A stretch of 64,000 nucleotides of DNA, taken from assembly GCA_963789745.1 (NCBI GenBank), contig CAWBLW010000010.1:69984-133983 (forward strand), in the 5' to 3' direction. The notes under the pieces were generated by a model, which made no database searches, had not been told where the DNA came from, and saw only the letters and a list, made by a program, of their open reading frames with translations. Of this stretch, positions 59,814-64,000 are shown piece by piece (positions within the stretch are counted from its first letter, which is position 1; each line of letters opens with the position of its first letter). The stretch comes from an uncultured Acidobacteriota bacterium. GTDB lineage: Bacteria; Acidobacteriota; Thermoanaerobaculia; Thermoanaerobaculales; Thermoanaerobaculaceae. A program made the translations under genes and the position numbers.

Positions 59814-62800
59814 TCAGCCCGCGGACGGCAGGAGCGCGACGAGCGCGGCCGCGGCGCGCGCCGGGTCGCGCTCGGCGAGCGGCAGGCGCAGCACGCCGGC
59901 GGGGGTGAGGACGGCGTCCGGTGCGGCGGCCAGGAGGGTCATGACGGCCGGGTGCGCCGCCGGGTGCGCCGGGTCGAACGTCAACTCCCAGGCGAGCGGG
60001 CCGCGCTTGACCCTGGTGACGCCCAACGCCTCGGCGCGCCGGCGCACGCGCTGGTGCAGGAGGAGGTTGTCGAGCTGCGCGGGTGCGGAGCCGAACCGCT
60101 CGCTGAACTCCTGCCTGAGGCTCGCGAGCTCTTCGTCGGTGCGGCCGCCGGCGATCCTGCGGTACACCGCCAGCCGCAGCGTCTCCTCGCCGATGTAGCG
60201 CTCCGGGAGGCGCAGGTCGAGGCCGAGGCGCAACTCGACCGTCGTCGGCGGCGCCGGCGCCGCCTCGCCGCGCAGCTCGCGTACGGCCTCCTCCAAAAGG
60301 TGGCAGTAGGTCTCGAAACCCACCGCCCGCAGGTGACCGTGCTGCTCGGCGCCGAGCAGGTTGCCGGCGCCACGGATCTCCAGGTCGCGCGCGGCGATGC
60401 GGAAGCCGGCGCCGAGGTCGGCGAACTCGAGGATCGCGGCCAGGCGCGCGCGCGCTTCCTTGGTGAGCGAGCGCTCCGGCGGCACCAGCAGATAGGTGAA
60501 CGCGAGACGGTCGGAGCGCCCCACCCGCCCGCGCAGCTGATAGAGCTGGGCGAGGCCGAAGCGGTCGGCGCGGTTGACGATCAGCGTGTTGGCGTTGGGG
60601 ATGTCGAGGCCGTTCTCGATGATCGCCGTCGCCACGAGGACGTCGGCCTCGCCGCCGAGGAACGCATCCATCGCCTTCTCGAGCTGGCGTTCGTCCATCT
60701 GACCGTGCGCCATCACCACCCGCGCCTCGGGCGCGACTTCGCGGACGAGCGCCGCCATCGCCGCGATCGAAGCCACCCGGTTGTGCACGAAGAACACTTG
60801 CCCGCCGCGCGCCAACTCCGTCGTGATCGCCTCGCGCACGGCCTCGCGGCGGAACGGCAGCACGTGCGTCTGGACGGCCAGCCGGTCGCGGGGCGGGGTC
60901 TCGATGACCGAGACGTCGCGCAGGCCGAGCAGCCCGAGGTTGAGGGTGCGCGGGATCGGCGTCGCCGACATCGCGAGCACGTCCACGCTCGCCTTGAGCG
61001 CCTTCAACCGCTCCTTCTGGGCCACGCCGAACCGTTGCTCCTCGTCCACGATCAGCAGCCCGAGGTCGCGGAAGCGCACGTCCTTGGCGAGCAGGCGGTG
61101 TGTGCCGATCACGATGTCCACCGTTCCCTCGGCGATCCCCGCGACCACGATCTTCTGGTCGGGGGCGGGGACGAAGCGCGACAGCCAGCGGATCTCGACC
61201 GGGAAACCCGCAAAGCGGCGCGCGAACGTGCGGACGTGCTGCTCGGCCAGAATCGTGGTCGGCGCCAGCACCGCCACCTGCTTGCCGTCCATCACCGCCT
61301 TGAACGCCGCGCGCATTGCGACCTCGGTCTTGCCGTACCCGACGTCGCCGACCACGAGACGGTCCATCGGACGCGGCGACTCCATGTCGCGCTTCGCCTC
61401 CGCGATCGCCTGTCCCTGGTCGGCGGTGGGCTCGTATTCGAACGCCTCCTCGAACTGGCGTTGCCACGGCGAGTCCTTCGAGAACGAGAAGCCGGCCGCG
61501 AGCTCGCGCGTGGCCTGCACCTTGAGCAGCTCCTCGGCCATGTCCTTGAGGGCGCGCTTGACCTTCGACTTGGTGCGCGCCCAGCTCGTGCCGCCCAGGC
61601 GGTCGAGCCTGGGTGCCGTCCCCTCGGCGCCTGCGTACTTCTCCAACACGTCGGCGCGCTCGAGGGGGACGAGCAGCTTGCCGCCGCCGGCATACTCGAG
61701 TTCGACGCACTCGTGCTCCTCGCTCTCGAGCGCGAGGGTACGGAAGCCGGCGAAGCGGCCGATGCCGTGGTCGGCGTGGACGACGAAATCGCCGACGGCG
61801 AGGTCGCGCATCTCGGCGAGGACGCGGGCCAGCGACCGGCGCTGCCGGGCAGGTGCCGGGAGGCTCGTGAGGTCGGCACGCCCCCAGACCACCAGCCCCG
61901 TCTCCGGGAACGAGAACCCGCGCTCGAGGCGCCCGTCGACGATGCCGATGATCGTGTCCAGCGACCACCCCTGCCGCACCGGCAGCTCGGCCTCGGTGAG
62001 CAGGTGCGTCAGGCGCTGCGCCTCGCCGTGCGAGGCGGCGACGAGCACCTGCGACCGGCGCTCGGCGACCCCGACGCGCAACTCCTCGGCGAGCGCCTGG
62101 GGGCGGGACGCCAGGTTTGGTGTCGGGGCGGTCGCGACCCGGACCCATGGGGTTCCGTCCTCGATCGCGAGCGACTCGATCCGGTCGGCGGCCGCCAGCG
62201 CGTCGGCGCAGCGAGCGGCGCTGGCGAGCCACGCGGCGGGGGTGGGGAGGACGGTGCCCTCCCGCGCGGCGGTGTCGCGCGCGCGGCCCAGCGCCTGGAA
62301 CACCCGCTCCAGCTCGGCCCGCACCGCGTCGGTCTCGCATACGACAAGGCGCGGCGCCAGCTCCCATCCGTGGGTGTGCGCCTCGGTCCAGCCGAGGAAA
62401 CCTTCCCAGAGCTCCGGGCCGGTTCCGGCGCGGGCGGCGGCGGCCGCCCCGGCGCACCCTTCCTGCGTGAGTCGGGAGGCGAGCGTCTCCCGGGCATCCT
62501 CGCCAACGGCGAACAGGCGCAGCGGCGGGATCGCAACCTCATCGAGGGCCGCGCCGGAACGCTGGGTGGCGGGGTCGAACTCGTGCACCGCCTCGACGGT
62601 GTCCACGTCGAGCACGACGCGAACGAAGCGTTCGGGCGTGGCGACGTCCACGACCTGGCCGCGCAGAGCGAAGTCCCCGGCCTCGTCGACCACTTCGACC
62701 CGGCGGTAGCCGCTGCCCGTGAGCGCGTGGGCGAACTCGCCGGGATCGAGCCGCGCGCCCGGAACGATGCGCGGCGAACGGGCGACAAGCGAGGCGGGCG

Positions 62801-63101
62801 GCGGGAGAGGGTACGGCAGCACGCGGGCAGGGATCACGACGACGCGTACGGCGCCGGAGGCCAGGCCCCCGAGCGCGCTCGCCGCCGCGGAGGTCGCTCC
62901 CAGCGGTGGCGTTCGCCCTAGGTACGCCTCGACGGCCTCGGCCGGGAGAACCGCGGCGGCAAGGTCAGGGGCGAGGAGATCGAGGCCGGCGGCCAGCTCT
63001 TCGGCGTCGCGCTCGGTCGGGACCACCACGGCGACGGTGCCGTCGCCGGTCGCGAGCGCGGCGAGCGCCAGCGAGCGCGCCGCCGGGCACACCCCTGCCA
63101 C
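59814..63101 (-). CDS. mfd: transcription-repair coupling factor Mfd
   Basis: 1095 aa. It has a CarD/RNAP-interaction domain (VGDFVVHADHGIGRFAG), SF2 translocase motifs (LVVGDVGYGKTEVA, LLIVDEEQRFG, MSATPIPRT, ETPPRDR) and a TRG/C-terminal domain. The N-terminus looks short relative to typical Mfd. Confidence 0.9.
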   Translation of the reverse strand: MAGVCPAARSLALAALATGDGTVAVVVPTERDAEELAAGLDLLAPDLAAAVLPAEAVEAYLGRTPPLGATSAAASALGGLASGAVRVVVIPARVLPYPLPPPASLVARSPRIVPGARLDPGEFAHALTGSGYRRVEVVDEAGDFALRGQVVDVATPERFVRVVLDVDTVEAVHEFDPATQRSGAALDEVAIPPLRLFAVGEDARETLASRLTQEGCAGAAAAARAGTGPELWEGFLGWTEAHTHGWELAPRLVVCETDAVRAELERVFQALGRARDTAAREGTVLPTPAAWLASAARCADALAAADRIESLAIEDGTPWVRVATAPTPNLASRPQALAEELRVGVAERRSQVLVAASHGEAQRLTHLLTEAELPVRQGWSLDTIIGIVDGRLERGFSFPETGLVVWGRADLTSLPAPARQRRSLARVLAEMRDLAVGDFVVHADHGIGRFAGFRTLALESEEHECVELEYAGGGKLLVPLERADVLEKYAGAEGTAPRLDRLGGTSWARTKSKVKRALKDMAEELLKVQATRELAAGFSFSKDSPWQRQFEEAFEYEPTADQGQAIAEAKRDMESPRPMDRLVVGDVGYGKTEVAMRAAFKAVMDGKQVAVLAPTTILAEQHVRTFARRFAGFPVEIRWLSRFVPAPDQKIVVAGIAEGTVDIVIGTHRLLAKDVRFRDLGLLIVDEEQRFGVAQKERLKALKASVDVLAMSATPIPRTLNLGLLGLRDVSVIETPPRDRLAVQTHVLPFRREAVREAITTELARGGQVFFVHNRVASIAAMAALVREVAPEARVVMAHGQMDERQLEKAMDAFLGGEADVLVATAIIENGLDIPNANTLIVNRADRFGLAQLYQLRGRVGRSDRLAFTYLLVPPERSLTKEARARLAAILEFADLGAGFRIAARDLEIRGAGNLLGAEQHGHLRAVGFETYCHLLEEAVRELRGEAAPAPPTTVELRLGLDLRLPERYIGEETLRLAVYRRIAGGRTDEELASLRQEFSERFGSAPAQLDNLLLHQRVRRRAEALGVTRVKRGPLAWELTFDPAHPAAHPAVMTLLAAAPDAVLTPAGVLRLPLAERDPARAAAALVALLPSAG

Positions 63102-63221
63102 CGCGTGCGGCGCTCCCCCGGGGGGAGCTTGGCGCGCACGCGGGCAATGGCAGCGGCTACGACGTCCGGCGCTTCGCTCGCGCTTGCCTCCGCCGGCCCG
63201 GCGGCCGGGTCGAACAGGATT

Positions 63222-63335
63222 GTAGATGGTACAGGGAAAGGGAAGAAGGGAGAGGTTAGAGGGAAGACAGTGAAGGCGATACCGTTGTCTACCGTCTTTC
63301 CCCTTCCGTCTACCGTCTACCTTCTACCCTTCTCC
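63222..63335. repeat. low-GC purine-arm/pyrimidine-arm heptamer-periodic element
   Basis: The left arm is GTAGATG GTACAGG GAAAGGG AAGAAGG GAGAGGT TAGAGGG AAGACAG. After a 16-nt spacer, the right arm is GTCTACC GTCTTTC CCCTTCC GTCTACC GTCTACC TTCTACC CTTCTCC. The element abuts the TAG of the desulfurase gene. Confidence 0.75.
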
Positions 63336-64000
63336 TACTCTTTTTGCCTCCGCCAGAGCGGGGAGCTCTCACGCAGGCGGGCAACCTCGCGCACCACGGC
63401 GCCGGCGACGGTCTCGACCTCCTCGGCGGTATTGCCGCGACCGAGCGAGAAGCGCAGGCTGGCGTTGGCGAGAGCCTTGCTCCGTCCCATCGCCAGGAGA
63501 ACGTGCGAGGGCCTCGGGTCGGCCGAGGTGCACGCCGACCCCGACGCAACCGCGACCTCGCGCACGCCGACGAGCAGCGCCCCGCCGTCCACGCCCGCGA
63601 ACGAGAGGTTGAGCGTGTTCGGGAGGCGGTGCTCGCGGTCGCCGTTGACGGTGACGGCCTCGAGGCGCGAGCAGATCGCCTCCTGCAGCCGATCGCGCAG
63701 CGCCGCGAGGCTTGCGCTTTCGGCAGGCATCGCCTCGAGGGCGATCTCCAGCGCGCGCGCGAAGCCGACGATGCCGGGGACGTTGAGCGTGCCGGAACGC
63801 ATTCCCTGCTCGTGGCCGCCGCCGTCGAGGATCGGGACGAGGTGGAGGCGCGGCGCGCGTCGGCGCACGTAGAGCGCGCCGACCCCTTTCGGCCCGTAGA
63901 GCTTGTGGGCGGAGAGCGACAACAGGTCCACGGCGAGCGTGTTGACGTCGACCGGCACCTTGCCGGCGGCCTGGGTGGCGTCGCAGTGCAGCACGACCCC
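63335..64000 (-). CDS. class V aminotransferase-fold cysteine desulfurase (IscS/NifS-like), C-terminal part (gene continues past window end)
   Basis: The PLP-lysine region is SLSAHKLYGPKGVGALY, followed by GGHEQGMRSGTLNVPGIVG and the active-site Cys loop VASGSACTSA. The C-terminus is RFSLGRGNTAEEV. Confidence 0.85.
   Translation of the reverse strand, partial: GVVLHCDATQAAGKVPVDVNTLAVDLLSLSAHKLYGPKGVGALYVRRRAPRLHLVPILDGGGHEQGMRSGTLNVPGIVGFARALEIALEAMPAESASLAALRDRLQEAICSRLEAVTVNGDREHRLPNTLNLSFAGVDGGALLVGVREVAVASGSACTSADPRPSHVLLAMGRSKALANASLRFSLGRGNTAEEVETVAGAVVREVARLRESSPLWRRQKE

Noticed and set aside
63102-63221. A possible N-terminal extension of mfd upstream of GTG 63101, because the N-terminus looks about 20 aa short.
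   Set aside because: The ORF track gives 63101 as the most upstream start in that frame, and I could not identify an in-frame start further upstream by eye. The annotated start is kept and flagged as uncertain.

Overview
This is a 64 kb, very GC-rich (about 70% by eye) bacterial chromosomal segment. I call about 41 protein-coding genes, packed tightly on both strands. Several neighbouring genes overlap by 4 nt (GTGA, ATGA or TTGA), which suggests translational coupling. I saw no rRNA, tRNA, CRISPR array, transposase, integrase or phage gene. The gene content suggests an Acidobacteriota- or Myxococcota-like soil bacterium: a YncE-like propeller, DUF4388, a GH63-like glucosidase, a class II photolyase and AddAB. 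That taxonomic guess is inference only.

Main blocks:
- 0.5-9.5 kb: an efflux adaptor, an arsenosugar-type glycosyltransferase pair, sugar catabolism genes, a photolyase and an HD hydrolase.
- 9.5-16.5 kb: an AddB/AddA helicase-nuclease.
- 17-24 kb: an envelope-polysaccharide module. It comprises a processive GT2 synthase, a 1327-aa deacetylase/hydrolase fusion and a secreted hydrolase-like protein.
- 25.4-26 kb: a redoxin gene with an in-frame TGA.
- 26-31 kb: DUF4388, yajQ, RNase E/G and a diguanylate cyclase.
- 33.5-44 kb: a divergent ygeW/ygeY/PLP versus DPD-like/ssnA/hydantoinase cluster, the 'selenium-metabolism-linked' neighbourhood.
- 46.5-63 kb: lon, a P1B copper ATPase, upp, pfk, cydAB and mfd, followed by a partial cysteine desulfurase.

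Most notable observations:
1. A secreted AhpC/TSA-type redoxin has its CxxC first cysteine replaced by in-frame TGA, with a SECIS-like hairpin downstream. It is probably a selenoprotein that ORF calling split in two.
2. A roughly 250-330 bp composite structured repeat occurs three times, each copy starting right after a stop codon. Its stems show compensatory base changes between copies.
3. A family of heptamer-periodic arrays (CTCGGGG/CCCCGAG, GACCACG, GTCTACC) fills intergenic regions. In four genes these arrays are translated as protein tails or linkers.
4. Modular hairpin cassettes are shared between distant intergenic regions.

Limits: every functional call rests on motifs and family resemblance recognised by eye from the supplied translations. 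No alignment, HMM or RNA-folding computation was run. Start codons are best guesses. Many long ORFs in the track are GC-driven alternative-frame artefacts and were ignored.
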